Below, piece after piece: positions 46,701 to 60,759 of a stretch of 64,000 nucleotides of DNA; positions within the stretch are counted from its first letter, which is position 1, and each line of letters begins with the position of its first letter. The notes under the pieces are model-generated. The model was given only the letters and a program-made list of their open reading frames with translations, had not been told where the DNA came from and ran no database searches. The translations under genes and the position numbers were made by a program. The stretch spans positions 248,001-312,000 of the forward strand of contig JBEUKZ010000104.1 in the NCBI GenBank assembly GCA_048128005.1, read 5' to 3'. The stretch is from Veleropilina oligotropha (Eukaryota).

Positions 46701-48019
46701 GACAACAAATTCACAACAAACAAAGTGAAAACATAACATCCTTGGCGGAGGTAATAAGAATATGAATAAATATATTAATTGTCACAAAATGAATATGTCA
46801 TGATGGCTGGTTGTTGGGCTTATAGGCCCGCTTGCAGCTCACACGGAATTCGCAGGCCAGCTCTCGATCCTCACAAAGCCAGTGACATGACATAATAATA
46901 TTAATTTTGACGGTTTCCTTCATGTTGTAACTGTTTTGTCTTTCACATAAATTGATTTATCTTGTATGCATATTTGTCGGAACATGACGAAACACAGGAG
47001 CCCGTCGCTCCTATTTAATTCAATAGGATTCCATTGCAGATTACTTGATCTGTTTAACAAATTATTTAACTGATACTGGAAAACTCCAATTCATAGACCA
47101 TATATTTAAGGCTAAACAACTGATCATGGTAATTAGGCATATTCATATGTCCTATGATATTTGAAATAAGGTCTGGAGATAATAGCCAACTGCCCTCTAT
47201 TGTAAGATGAAAAACAACAGAATAATGTAAAAAAAATATATTTTCCATTTATCTAATGCTAGGGCAAACAAATGACAAGTAATGATAACATTGTGTTATA
47301 TATGAAGTTTTAAAATATTGACAAATGGTGGAAAGTTCCTCTAACAATGTTTTTATCACTAGTCATCCATTGGTTGTTTGTTAGGTACAGTCACAGCCAT
47401 AAAAGCATATTTGTCTCGCGTTGGTTTGGGCTTTAAGTCAACAATTTCTCAGCTAATTAAATTTGGACATTAAGTCAACAATATTTCAGCATGTCAATTA
47501 ACAGAAATGTTCATAGATCACCATGACATGGTTCTTGATTAAATAATCCCTCTATACCACACACAACCTTTGTCACGATAAATCCGGCAGCTCCAATCAT
47601 ATAATATAAACAGTGATCCAATATTTAAAACATACACTTTAGTTTCATGAATACAAATATAAGTAGCTGATGTAGCACAAATATGGGAACTAATCACAGA
47701 CGATCAACATCTGATATACTAATACAAATCAATTAAACGGGAATGTCTCGGCTTTGCGTAAAAAAATGTTTTTAAAAAAGAATTATACTGTATATCTTGA
47801 GTTATTATACCAAGATGATGTTGAACAGTGACAAAACAGCAACAGTGTGTTAGATGCAGTCACGGTTTACGCTTGAGTCATCTGTAGTCATTAACTAGAG
47901 GTATGCTCATCATACTGACCCGCCTCTTGTATATAATACATCCATAAAGATTAAATAATCAATAACTCGATCATAAATTTCATAGTAACTGTCAAAAAGT
48001 ATATATATGACAATAGTTC

Positions 48020-49190
48020 ATAAGACCTTGACCTCTGACCCAGTTTGAACAAGGTGTATACCAAATATGAAAGGTGTAGGTCTAGCGGTTTGTCGTTTAT
48101 GTGACAGAAAATAATTTTGCAAGTCCAGAACGGAAATACAGGAAAATGACCTTGACATTTGACCTAGTGACCCCATCTTTGAACTTAGGCAAGGCCTGAT
48201 GGTATGCCAAATATGAAATGCATCGGTCCAGCAGTTCGTCTTCTATTTGACAGAAAGCAATCTTTAAGTCCAGAATGTAAATACACGAAAATGACATTGA
48301 CCTTTGACCCAGTGACCCCATCTTTGAACTTAGGCTAGGCCTGATGGCATACCAAATATGAAATGCATAGTTCCAGCGGTTCGTCTTCTATTTGGCAGAA
48401 ATCAATCTAAGTCCAGAATGTAAATACATGAAAATGACCTTGACCTTTGATCCAGTGAACCCATCTTTGAACTTAGGCAAGGCCTGATGGTACACAAGGA
48501 TACCAAATATGAAAAGCGTAGATCCAGTGGTTCGTCTTCTATGTGACAGAAAGCAATTTTTAAGTCCAGAATTTAAATACACGAAAATGGCCTTGACCTT
48601 TGACCCAGTGAACCCATCTTTGAACTTAGGCAAGGCCTGATGGTATACAAGGTGTATACCAAATATGAAAAGCGTAGGTCAAGCGGTTCATCTTCTATGT
48701 GACAGAAAGCAATATTTAAGTCCAGATTGGAAATACACGAAAATGACCCTGACTTTTGACCCAGTGAACCCATCTTTGAACTTAGGCAAGGCCTGATAGT
48801 ATACAAGGTGTATACCAAATATGAAAAGCGTAGGTCAAGCGGTTCATCTTCTATGTGACAGAAAGCAATCTTTAAGTCCAGAATGTAAATACACGAAAAT
48901 GACCTTGATCTTTGACCCAGTGAACCCATCTTTGAACTTAGGCAAGGCCTGATGGTATACAAGGTGTATACCAAATATGAAAAGCGTAGGTCAAGCGGTT
49001 CATCTTCTATGTGACAGAAAGCAATATTTAAGTCCAGATTGGAAATACACGAAAATGACCTTGACTTTTGACCCAGTGAACCCATCTTTGAACTTAGGCA
49101 AGGCCTGATGGTATACAAGGTGTATACCAAATATGAAAAGCGTAGGTCAAGCGGTTCATCTTCTATGTGACAGAAAGCAATCTTTAAGTC
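48020..49190. repeat. ~177-bp tandem array (related monomer at ~46010-46275)
   Basis: cccatctttgaacttaggcaaggcctgatgg recurs about seven times and shows as a 59-aa repeat in ORF 48573-49250. Confidence 0.9.
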
Positions 49191-49324
49191 CCCCCCCCCC
49201 CCTACTACGCAAACCACAGCCCCCAGACGAACAATCAGTAGGCCTACCACGAATTGGCAGAAATACGAATAAACTCACTTCTATCCAATGCCCCATTTTC
49301 TGATTCGTTTACTGCGCGTGGCTG

Positions 49325-49356
<32 letters not shown>

Positions 49357-50481
49357 TGTGTGTGTGTCTGTGTGTGTGGGGGGGGGGGGGGCATTCACCA
49401 TCCCCACGTGCACGGCACGTTCATAATATAGGCCTATTCACTAATGTCGCAATTTTGACTATAATATATGATATTAGCTAGACACCCCCACCCGCCCCTA
49501 CTACGCAAACCACAGCCCCCCAGACGAACCACCAGTAGGCCTACCACGAATTGTCAGAAATACGAATAAACTCATTTCTATCCAATACCCCATTTTCTTA
49601 TTCATATATTTCGCGGTGCTACTGGTTCGTCCGGGGACGGTGCACACTCACAATGTGACATGCATGTAACAAATTTTGTCTGCGTCTGTGCGTCTTTGCC
49701 ATTAACAAGCTGACGAATTTCGATCGCCGCATCGACGCTATGACAACAACCAATAATATTTGCTTATATATAGTTGCATACTAATAAAATGTCAGCCAAA
49801 ATGGCGGCAGACCAAAGGATCGGCTAGTTCAGCTGAATCGCTCAGATAAATCGCAAAGTGTGTCCGCTTCATGATGCGACAATCGCCCAAGCGACCCCCG
49901 ATATCGCATTAAGAATCACATAGTCTGCCACATTAGACTAGCATTATTGAATTGATGTAATAGGACTTTGTGTGCATATTTCAGGATGCCAAACGTCTGC
50001 TAAATTACTTTTGCGCTCAAGACATCTCACAAGGAAAATCCATGTTAAAGATAATACTTTACAAAAAAGATAACAGTAAAATATTGGGGGGTATCACTAC
50101 ACCCTCTTTCCGTGGGGCCTAAGCCTACATTCTAGTCAAATTGTGTAGATTTGAAATCCCACTCTAAACCAATTGGCTACTCATCATTGTTTTCCAATAT
50201 ACAACTAATGTGATAGCAATAGGTCTATATAAACACGACTCCATGCAACTAATAATTGCGCTGTACCTCTAGCAATATTTAGTGCACCATTGTGCGTATA
50301 CAAGAAAACTGAGGCTATAACGCGACACGAAAACTTCTGTTCATAGTCGTGCAATCAGTTTATGCAGCAGCCGTTGAAAAGACACCCGGGTCATATTTCA
50401 ACGGGGCGGGTATGTTTTCAACGTTGAAAAGTGACCGTAGGGTCACTTTTCAACGGGGGTGCCTTTTCAATCTTACACCGG

Positions 50482-50992
50482 CCGCAGACGAGAGCCATCA
50501 GCTCAGCAAAATTTCATTCGTGACCATTCGCTTAAGCAGATAGTTCCCGTGTGCGGGAAATTTTATGCAAGATTTCTGTCATTCGTGGACAAAAGTCAAA
50601 TATCCAACGTGTTTGATAATTTCTGCCACGAGTGAAAGAAATATCTACGTGTGCGCTGAACGAAAGCTAGTTGCTTAGGACTTTTGCTTTGTTCCTACAT
50701 TGCTTCATCACATGACACACAAAATGGCGCCGCACATGGAATGTATGTCATATGAATCAATTAAGGAACGCATGCGGCTTAAAGCAAAAGTCGTAAGCAA
50801 GTAGCTTTCGTTCAGCGCACACGTAGAGATTTCTTTCACTCGTGACATAAATGATCAAACACGTTGGATATTTGACTTTTGTCCACGAATGACAGAAATG
50901 TTGCATAAAACGGCCCGCACACGGAAGCTATCTGCTTAAAAGCAAATGGTCACGAATGATATTTTGTTGAGCTGATGGCTCTCGTCTGTGGC
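50482..50992. mobile_element. MITE/foldback element with ~210-bp imperfect TIRs
   Basis: cagacgagagccatcagctca...acttttgcttt pairs with aaagcaaaagt...tgagctgatggctctcgtctg. Confidence 0.85.
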
Positions 50993-51172
50993 GGGCTTTA
51001 CGAACCCATTAAGACGGTTTGCTTTTGATCATGTGCCAATGACCTAATTAACCCACGAAAGAGTTGAATCATTTATACCAAATTTGAATTGTGGCGGCTT
51101 AACAAAATTTGGTGAACAGTTGCAACGAATGCTGCACAAAAGCCAAGCATTTCCAGAGCAACCATTGATTTC

Positions 51173-51480
51173 TTATAAAATATTGAAGGATGTCTTTTTC
51201 AATAGCATGACACATGAGATACGCTGTTTGTCTTCAAACATGTGATTCGTCAGGTGGGCGTTTAGTTGATCGGCTACAACACGTTCAACTCGATTTAAGT
51301 TTAGAGGTCCGTCGATTTTGTTTTGATGCAATTGACCTTGCTTATGTAGTAAGGGTTTAACAAACGCGCTCCTGGAGTTAACTGGAACTTTTGCATTAGA
51401 TAATGACGTGTTCACAAGATGCGTTAATTTGGGCATCAAGTGTCAGCAGCCATGATGGTACAGTGTCCAGTGTGCATGTA
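51173..51480 (-). mobile_element. Degenerate LINE RT fragment
   Basis: LTHLVNTSL..VP...AFVKPLL...ERVVADQL..HL pattern of the L2/Jockey RT N-terminus. Confidence 0.5.
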
Positions 51481-52409
51481 GCAGATGATTGTCTCATAAT
51501 AATCGTTGTTATAACATTTCAAACGTCGAGAGTTGAATGTCCTCACCATTGGTCTCTATATATTCATAAATTTAATCTACTGTTGATTTCTTTTGCCATA
51601 CAGAAATTGTATTTCGTATTTGAATTATTTTAACAATACAAAAATCATTAAAGATACTAGTAGTATAGGAAGTGATTCGTCTTGCCATGTTAATCAGTTG
51701 GCAGCGTCCATATGATCGCTTGAGGAAAAAAACCCGGTCTCTCTGGAAAACTTGCCCTCTCCAGTCAGTTATGGACGACTATGACTGTTAACTGATGAAA
51801 AGGTGCCCCGCCGAATCAAACCCACTCCGATCAGACAGAGCTTACAAGCGATTGAATTCAGAGTTCGACTACTATAAAATTATTGGTTCGACTTCTGATG
51901 CGGTCTATTGCGAAAACAAACATATATACGGCAAAACAATAATTATTTCTTATTAGCAGATTTAAATTTTTGATTCAATTGATAAAATCACATTAACTAA
52001 ATCCAATTAGATACTCCATCGATGTCGGCAGGTCAAAACCGTAGAGTACTAAAATCACTCCTTTGTATTTTAGGGTCTTCTATGAAATGCGGGTTTTTAT
52101 TTGGTGTTTGCAGTCATAGTAATACTAAGTGTGTAATACGGTCACGATCCACTAATTACACTTCTTATATAATCAAGTAGATCTATCTAACTTGTCTGCA
52201 CAAATCGCCACACGTTAATTGTGTTGATTATGTTCACAAGTCGTTATGCTCTGCTTGGCTACGGGATTGCTATACTTATATAGGCCTATATAGTATTGAC
52301 AAGGAATTTAAGCACCGGTTGATACTTTTGGAAATGCTTGATGCGTAATATTTACTAAATTGGAGCCATTTTCCTTCTTTGATTACTGTTTTATAATCAT
52401 ATAGGCCTA

Positions 52410-52412
52410 ATG
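52410..52412 (+). CDS. Calmodulin-like gene, first coding exon (ATG only)
   Basis: ATG immediately followed by GTAAGT; an intron directly after the start codon is typical of calmodulin genes. Confidence 0.65.
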
Positions 52413-52683
52413 GTAAGTATTTTTTACTTCGTTGCATTTATTTTATTTGAGACCATTTATGTCTTTGCAATAACAAGACACCCCTTCATTGATAATGACG
52501 CAGCTGTTGTTTACTAAATCACGGTGTTCAAAATGCACTTTCATATATTTGTTTCTTGACTACGTCATGTGCCGCGTTCGGTCTTACCTTGATACTATAG
52601 TATTTAGATTATCATAATATATATGAATAATTAAAATATGAATAATTAAAACTCTTACCAAAAATTTGTTCTCATTTTCACAG

Positions 52684-52714
52684 GCGCATCAATTATCGGA
52701 AAGTGAGATAGCAG
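52684..52714 (+). CDS. Calmodulin-like gene, exon 2
   Basis: ttttcacag|GCG...GCA G|gtatgt encodes AHQLSESEIA(E), matching calmodulin ADQLTEEQIAE. Confidence 0.85.
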
Positions 52715-54136
52715 GTATGTTCAAAGATATGATGAGCATTTCTTTAATTGCATTGATTTATAACATCAGTGATGTGCAATAGATATTATGCATACTTGCA
52801 TAAGGCACATAACAGTGTCGCACTGATGTAAGAAGTACTTCTTGAATAGCACTGTTACTGTGCACCTATTTTTAACACGGGTGGTTCCTGTAGGAACAGG
52901 CCTGCTCAAACACCGAAGAGGTGGACGCGGGCCTAAAACTCAATCACACCACCACCACCATTGCATTTATGGATATTTTAGGCGAATTGTCATGTAATTA
53001 AAGCCAGTGTTTTGTGTAAATTGTGACTAGACAAGTAGTCATAGAAGTCAATTAACAAAGGATGAAGTGAAAGATGAAACAAGAAACACATACTTTATAA
53101 TGTTTACAAATGAAAGATTAGCAAATCACCACCATCATATAGGTTGTAACCATAGTAACCAATGTTAAACCATTGTTATGACTAACTATAACTAACCATG
53201 TTGTCAGTTTGACCACAGGGGACTACTTTCGTACACTAAAATGGGTTTATTAGTTTACTACAATGATATATATTAAATTTGTTAACATTTTTTCAATGGT
53301 TTAAGTCGGTTATAGCACTCGGTTTTTGTTGTCTAATCGGAGAATCCCGTGCAGTTAAACAACTCGACGATTCTCTATGTGCGCCTCATGGTTTAACTGC
53401 AGGCTGTCCCGATTAGACAACCAAGCCTCGTGATATAACCTATACTTATTTATTTGTTTCGTATAATACATAGCATATTGATTAACTAAATGTTGAAATG
53501 TTATGTAGACGCAATATATTGATATATTCAATATATATATATATATAAATATATAACTTTATTTTTTTATTACTAGTAATATAACCGTTATAACTTACAA
53601 GTTACGGCAGTACGATCGATGATGATTAATGTTAATGTCTGTCAACTCTATCACTAAATAAATGCAGTAACTACTAAATTTCTTTTCTATTATTTTTACA
53701 GTTTTTTTGTGGTGGCCCTGAATCGGTGCATTGGTGAAAGGGGCCGTTGGATGCTGGACGGACGGTGTGTCTGGCCGCCGGGTCCGTGCGGGGTTCGGCC
53801 TTGTCTCTTCGGTGCGTGGACGGCGTCCGTGGTGGTGGCGGTCTTCCTCTTGGCGTGCTCGGTGTGGGTGGCGGCGTGGCGGATGACGTTTTACGGGATG
53901 GCTTTGGGAGCGTGTGAGACATATACGACATCAGTGGCGGAAACCAAATACAAAGAAGAACAACAACTACAAAGACAAGAGGTCGAAATCACGGAAAACG
54001 TGGAAGACCTCGTTAAAATCGAATTAAACAACAACTAGTTTCGTATAAATGACAACAGCGAGGACACTTTATTTAGGGAGAATTTACGAAATTTACTGTA
54101 CTTTGCCTCTTATATGCAGCGCTGTATCCTTAGATG

Positions 54137-54980
54137 TATGGAACGCCATATTAACATATATTCAATTAATTGAACCTATCTTTAAATAATTGAAGATAGG
54201 TTCAATTAATTAGACCTGGGTTCAATTCAATTGCACCTAGGTTCAATTCAATTGCACCTAGGTTCAATTCAATTGCACCTAGGTTCAATTCAATTGCACC
54301 TAGGTTCAATTCAATTGGAGATAGGTTCAAATTAAACAAATTAGACCTAGGTGCAATTGAATTAGACCTAGGTGCAATTGAATTGAACCTAGGTACAATT
54401 GAATTGAACCTATCTTTAATTAGGAACACCACAATATATTTACTGAAACAACCGCTCCCCGTCGCATCGACATCGTCAGCGTTTTGGCAGACCACTTTCG
54501 ACAGAACCAACCAAGACCAAAAGTATATGCGTAAAGGGGAGAAATCATTACTTGTACAATGATGTCAACGAATTGAAGATAGGTTCAATTCAATTGAAGA
54601 TAGGTTCAATTCATTTGAAGATAGGTACAATTCATTTACGGATATGTTGTATTTGAAGATAGGTTCAATTCAATTGAAGATAGGTTCAATTCAATTGCAC
54701 CTAGGTTCAATTGAATTGAACCTAGGTTCAATTCAATTGGAGATAGGTCTAATTCAATTGCACCTAGGTACAATTAATTAGAGATAGGTTCAATTCAATT
54801 GAAGATAGGTACAAATACTTTAATTGAATTGAACCTAGGTGCAATTGAATTGAACCTAGGTGCAATTGAATTGAACCTAGGTGCAATTGAATTGAACCTA
54901 GGTCTAATTAATTGAACCTATCTTCAATTATTTAAAGATAGGTTCAATTAATTGAATATATGTTAATATGGCGTTCCATA
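54137..54980. mobile_element. MITE with long TIRs built from 21-bp tandem units
   Basis: tatggaacgccatattaacatatattc... pairs with ...gaatatatgttaatatggcgttccata; contains aggttcaattcaattgcacct repeats. Confidence 0.85.
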
Positions 54981-55249
54981 TTGATGCTGCATGTAAATGT
55001 ATAAAATCGGATGTAATCCAATCGTTTGTCCAATTATTGAACCGAGAGACCGAGTGACATTTTATGCATTGATCACGCGAAACTTCCATAGATAAGATAA
55101 AGAATGATGTTATGTTGCACTGTGTAATTAACCATTTCGTAAGAAGATTTATGGAATTTAGTATTTTATTATATAGTTTGTAAACCTGCCGTCTTCGCAA
55201 AATTATGTATATCGTTTTTCTAATGGCTAATGGTCCAAGCCTAGTCTAA

Positions 55250-55570
55250 TAAGTATAATCTAGATAAACAAAAGTATAACCTAGATGAAGAAGTATAATC
55301 TAGATAAACAATATAACCTAGAAAACAAAAGTATAACCTTGATAAACAATATAACCTAACTGAACGAGTATAACCTAGATAAAAAGTTTAACCTAGATGA
55401 ACAAGTATAACGTAGATATACAAGTATCACCTATATAAACAAGTATCACCTATATAAACAAGTATAAACTAGATAACCAAGTATAAACTAGATAAACAAG
55501 TATGACCTAAATAAACAAGTATAACCTAGATAAACAAGTATAACCTAGATAAACAAGTATAACCCAATAT
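55250..55570. repeat. 21-bp minisatellite
   Basis: aaacaagtataacctagat units. Confidence 0.85.
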
Positions 55571-55606
55571 ACAATAAAGATAATATCTACATCATTTTTG
55601 TTTTAG

Positions 55607-55744
55607 AATACAAGGAAGCTTTCAGTATTTTCGACACAGACGGAGATGGCGCCATCACCATCGATGAGATGGCCAAAGTCATGAAATCTCTCGGCCAGGA
55701 TCCCGCGCTCGCAGAGTCCGTCGTCCGGGACGCGGACGCAAATT
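55607..55744 (+). CDS. Calmodulin-like gene, exon 3 (EF-hand 1 and start of EF-hand 2)
   Basis: ttttag|AA...T|gtaaat, phase-compatible with its neighbours; encodes [45 protein letters not shown]. Confidence 0.9.
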
Positions 55745-56132
55745 GTAAATACACAATGAGGCATTTTATCACACATTCCTAAATGATCCCACCTTATTTT
55801 CGAAATTTTCGTGTGTGATAAGCAATTTTATGTTTTCTGAATTATTAACATAACACCAATACCGTTACGTACTATATGCATATAAAATGAACGTACATCA
55901 TCCAAGGTGGAATTGCGTATTTCTTTATTTTTCGCCGTAGTTGTCTTAATTGACTCAAATATTATAGTATTGTCGTCATGCCAGCATCATGCGCACGTCA
56001 CTATCTTAATAAAGAAATGTTTCGTTTCCAAAATTTGTCGATAGAAGGTCGATAACCATCATATTTTTATTTATCGTTTGGTATTTGGCGTGAATGTCTA
56101 GTTGTTTGTCAGGAGTGTTCTCCCCTTTATAG

Positions 56133-56307
56133 ATAGCAACACCATCGACTTCTCAGAATACTTGACGCTGACAGCTGGAACGGCAGAAAACTCTAACACC
56201 GAGAGTGATCTCATAGATGCCTTCAAGGCCTTCGACAAGGATGGTACCGGCTTCATCTGCCGGAGTGAACTGATGGCGGCCATGAAGCAGCTCGGCGAGA
56301 CACCTAC
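56133..56307 (+). CDS. Calmodulin-like gene, exon 4 (EF-hands 2-3), truncated
   Basis: tttatag|AT; encodes SNTIDFSEY...DLIDAFKAFDKDGTGFICRSELMAAMKQLGE. Similarity ends at ~56307 without a splice donor. Confidence 0.85.
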
Positions 56308-56309
56308 AT

Positions 56310-59300
56310 CCACCCAACCAGTGATACTGTTGTCTCCCTTCTCCCAACCCGCCCGCCGCGGTAAAGGAGGTTAGGGATGCAAATTACTTCATGTAAGGGA
56401 CAGACTGTTCACGAAACTGCCTTCCCGGTAGAGCCGAGACAGCAGAGTGCGATACAGGAGTCAGCGGGCATTAAAGTACGTGGAAGCGATTCTCCTTCGG
56501 AGGATAACGTACTCGGATGTCCAGTGGGTTCAGCCCTGAGACACTTTTAGTGAGATTGGCTGGCGAAATCTTGACCACGAATGAGGATAGGGCTGGAATT
56601 CGCGGATGCTGATACCACTCTGTTTGAACCAGCCCGAATCCTCACAACCCTCCTCGATTGCTTCGAACCAAACGCAAGGCACTGTGCCCGAGAGGGACAC
56701 ACTTCGGTTTAAACCGCAGTGCTCCGATCGAGCGAGGAAGGATGAGCCTTGATGGGAATACTGGCATTGCCGCAGATATCCCTAGGCCCATCGTATCCGC
56801 CGTCCCGAGTCAGATGTTTCCTCCACACCAGGGGCAAGAACTGAACTTGGGTAGTTGAGACACCCCGTATCCACAACACCGAGCGGTTATGGGATAGCGG
56901 GCTCCTTGGTTACCGTTGCTACTGCAGTATCAGGCTAACACAGGCTACCAACAGAGCGTGTACGATCCCCGGATCTACCAGACTCAATACGGCTGGATAT
57001 CATAATGTTCCCTACTCGTTTCCGCCACAGGCTGTTGGCAGACCTGGCTTCAACATTGGCTTCAACATTGAAGCAGTGGTTAAGGCTGTGAGAGCTCATT
57101 TCGAGTCCCGCAAGACACCGACTTCTGTCGAAAGATCGGCTGTCCATGCTCCGCGGGGAACACAGAGCCAGAGGGTGCAACCCGTGATCGCAAATGATAC
57201 CCCTCACGCACTAGCGATGGGACGACGCCTATGGACGTCGAAGAGGTATCAAGCGATGATGACCAACCTGATGTGGTCTACTCCGACGACGAAAGTCAGT
57301 CAGACACGGATCCTACTCCCTCTGCCTCCACCGCTCGCACAAGAGTCTAACTTGTTCGTTCTCTATGCGAGGTGCTAGACATTCGGACACCAGAGGTGAG
57401 CGGCGGATCGCTTTTTTAAGCATGAGGATGTCAAATTCTCATGCTACCCCAGTCCGGGGTCGTTGACTACGCCTTGATGTACTCGAACGGCAGGTCCGGG
57501 GACGAAAGGTGATAGAGTCTGAGCCCCTGTCTGAATACCCTCGTGGTATGAGGCCAGGACGCTTGCCAAGGGCGCCGAGGCGTGATCTCCCGTATCCGTG
57601 CTTGGAACCCTGTCCGGCAGTTGAACCAGTCTTGGCTAATGTTGGTTTACGTAAGCTTGTGATTAACCAGACTCCCTCATCAGTCTCGGTTCCGGCGGCG
57701 CTGGAAACCGTATAGAGCTTTGCCCGTACAGCTCTGCGCTATACCTCCACGATGGATAACTTCCTGGATGGGGCTATAGCGACACTGCAATCAACAGATA
57801 AGCAACCTGAAGACAAGATCTTCGAGGCTCTGCGTTATCTTAAGGAGGTCGCACCTGCAATTGAGGAATCAGCACTTGAGAACAGTCGGATCCTAGGAAC
57901 TACGACTCTGCTTCGCAGAGACGCACTCCTAAAAGGGAACTTCCCTGACAGAAACTGAAAGGTTTCTTAGCTTGCCCTTCTCCTTTTGGTGACAAATTCG
58001 AGCAATTTGTAGAAAAGAGGTCACGCAAATTGAAGGATCAGGCTATAGAGCAGGCTGTGGTTACTAGTCTACCACCACACAGCCCTCTAAGAAGCGGTTA
58101 TATTCAACGGCCTTCGAATAGAAGGGTATGAATAATCGCTCAAAAGGGAAAGGACGTAAGACTCAGTACTGACACCACTTTGAAGAGTTTTATGAAACCT
58201 CACTCTCATGTGCAAGCCAGACGCGGAGCTGGCAAGGGGAAGCGGAGACAGCCCTAGGGGTGCAGGCACTTACGAGGAATCGTGTCGCTCACTCCCGCCG
58301 GTGGGAGCTTGTTTGCTGATGTTCAGCCACCACTGGACAAACATCACAAAGAGCGAGTGGGTTCTGTCGATCATAAGTGCCGGGTACAACTGTGTTTTCA
58401 CCGGCTGCCACCTCTAACTTTGTCTCGACCACTAGACCGTACGCCCCGGATGACACCGGACAAACAAACGGTCATAGATCAAGCAGTTCGAGAATTACTT
58501 TTGTTGAAAGCTATTATTCTCGAACCACCCAACACACCAGGTTTTATACAGCCACTTATTCCTGGTCCCGAAGAAAGATGGCCGTTGACGACTGCTACTC
58601 GACCTATCGATGCTCAACTCTTTCATACGATATGAACCGTTCAGGCAGGAAACGATTCAGAATATTCGTACGGCCATCCTACCCGGGGATTGGGCAACAT
58701 CTATATATATTTGACGGACGCATACATGCATATTCCGATCCACGGACGGACGGCCATGTATCTGCGTTTCATTCATCGGGGCGTGAAGTACCAATACCGG
58801 TCTCTCCCGTTTGGTCTTTCCGCAGCCCCGTACGTCTTCACGCGAGTAGTACAGACCTTCGGGGCCTTCCTACACTCGTTAGGGCACAGAGTCCTTATGT
58901 ACCTGGACGACTGGCTTATCCTGGGTTCGAGCAAGGATATTGGCCACACGTCGCTCCAGTTCACTCTGTCTTTGGCGAAGAAACTTGGTCTGCAAATCCA
59001 CTCAGTCCAGTCCTACTTCGTGCCCTTACAGACGTTCACGTACCTCGGAGTCGAGTTCATACGCTCACATATACCGTTCGACCATCCGAGGAACGTACCA
59101 GGAATCTGCGTGCGTTGCTTGCGGGACTTTTCCCCCTCAGACAAGCAACCGCACTACAATTGTCCATTGTCCTAGGTCATATGGAGTGGATGACCAATCT
59201 CTTACCGATGGGCCATATGCCGAAACGATTGATGCAGCGGACTTACGCAACCACTGGTCGCAACAATCGGGACAATCGTAGACCTCCGGCCTTGGTTCAG

Positions 59301-59411
59301 TCGTGCAGCCCTTCAATAGTTACACACAGACTTGCTGACACCAGCAGTTCCAATCGTCCTTCCCCCCCCCCCCCCCGAATGCGTTCCTTACTCAGACGCA
59401 TCGTTGTTTGA
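56310..59411 (+). mobile_element. Degenerate DIRS-type retrotransposon (gag-like region, RT, start of RNase H), 3'-truncated
   Basis: LLRRDALL (gag-like); DAYMHIPIH, LPFGLSAAPYVFTRV, YLDDWL and FTYLG; YSDAS at ~59388. No tyrosine recombinase is seen and the left boundary is approximate. Confidence 0.8.
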
Positions 59412-59762
59412 TCAAAGTATATCGGTGCCGGTGTAACGTTGAAAACATATCCGCGTTGAATACTCACCCCGGGTCCCTTTTCAACGTCCTTCCGGGTCAC
59501 TTTTCAACAGTTGAAAAGCGACCCCCTGTTGAACCATTACCCGGGGTCACTTTACAACGACTCTCTCGTACGCATTGAAAAGTTACCCCATTGAATACAG
59601 ACCCGTGCTGTTCGGTGTGATGATATTCAAAGCAAAATTAGCTCAGCTAGTAGTGGCATTTTGAAGTTTTACTTTTTTACGACCACTTTTAACAATTTTT
59701 CAGTCGTATGTAAACAAGATCGCTCACTGTTTAACGTCTCTATCCGATCAGACGGTTTTTGT

Positions 59763-59881
59763 CCACAGCACCCAGCCATATTTCCACGATGATCACCCGT
59801 TCAAATATTGATCGGGCACAAGGTTGCTTAACTTCGGTGATCTGCGGCAACCGTGGCCTTCAACGCTATTTGGCCGCAGCC
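59763..59881 (-). pseudogene. 5S rRNA-derived sequence (pseudogene or SINE3-like head)
   Basis: The minus strand contains gatcaccgaagttaagcaac and gggtgctgt in 5S order over ~119 nt, with many substitutions. Confidence 0.7.
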
Positions 59882-60759
59882 CTATGTGCGAAGAAAAGGT
59901 ATGATAACTTAAGGAAATTGAAGGTAAAGTGAGTGTAGATAAGGTAAGGTATGTCTGGTAAGATAACGCAAGAGAGTAATACTTACTTTAACTTACGGTT
60001 GATTTAATAATCAAATAATTTACTATCTTCAGTGATAACATTTGCTATCTTCAATGATAACTCAAGACATTATGAAGGCCGCACATTTATTTTTCACTGA
60101 ATGCGTCAATGTCAAGCCATGTCAATATTCGTTTCCTTCTGTCATGTTCCTTATTAGGACGTTCGCAACATGATGCAAGTTTTACTTTTAACTGTCTTGT
60201 GATAATGCGACATAATATTCAGGCGTATGTTTGAGTGTATATAATTCATAGATGTATACATACTGATAGAGTACCTGAGTAGAAGAGCAACGACGAGAGA
60301 GAGAAAGTTGTGTGTGTGTGCGTGCGTGCGTGTGTGTGGGGGGAGGGGGGGGGGGGTCAGACAAATACCGTTATAGCCGAGGGACCTGACCCAGAGTCAG
60401 CCCAGTGATATGTACCATGCAACCTCTCCATTATATATATATGTCTGAAATAAATCATCTGATACCAGCATCGCCATAGTCGTCACTTATGTCGGTATTA
60501 TTATTATTCCCTAGAACACAACGATTATGTCTGTTAAAGGTCACATATGAGGAAATGTAAGTTACATTATAATTAGTTAAGGTATGGATATGTTAGATAA
60601 TGTAATGCATTGATAGGTGATGTAAGCTAAAGGTAAGATAAAGACAGGCAAGGTAAGCTGAGGTTATGTAAAGTATGGTAGGGTAAGTAGGGTAATGGTA
60701 GCTTAGGTTAGATAAATGTATCAATAATGATAGTCCGCAGTATTTAGTAGATTATTTTA

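Noticed and set aside
48573..49250. 225-aa repetitive ORF, and similar ORFs at 27035-27564, 46261-46728 and 54202-54510
   Set aside because: By-products of tandem repeats whose unit length is a multiple of three.
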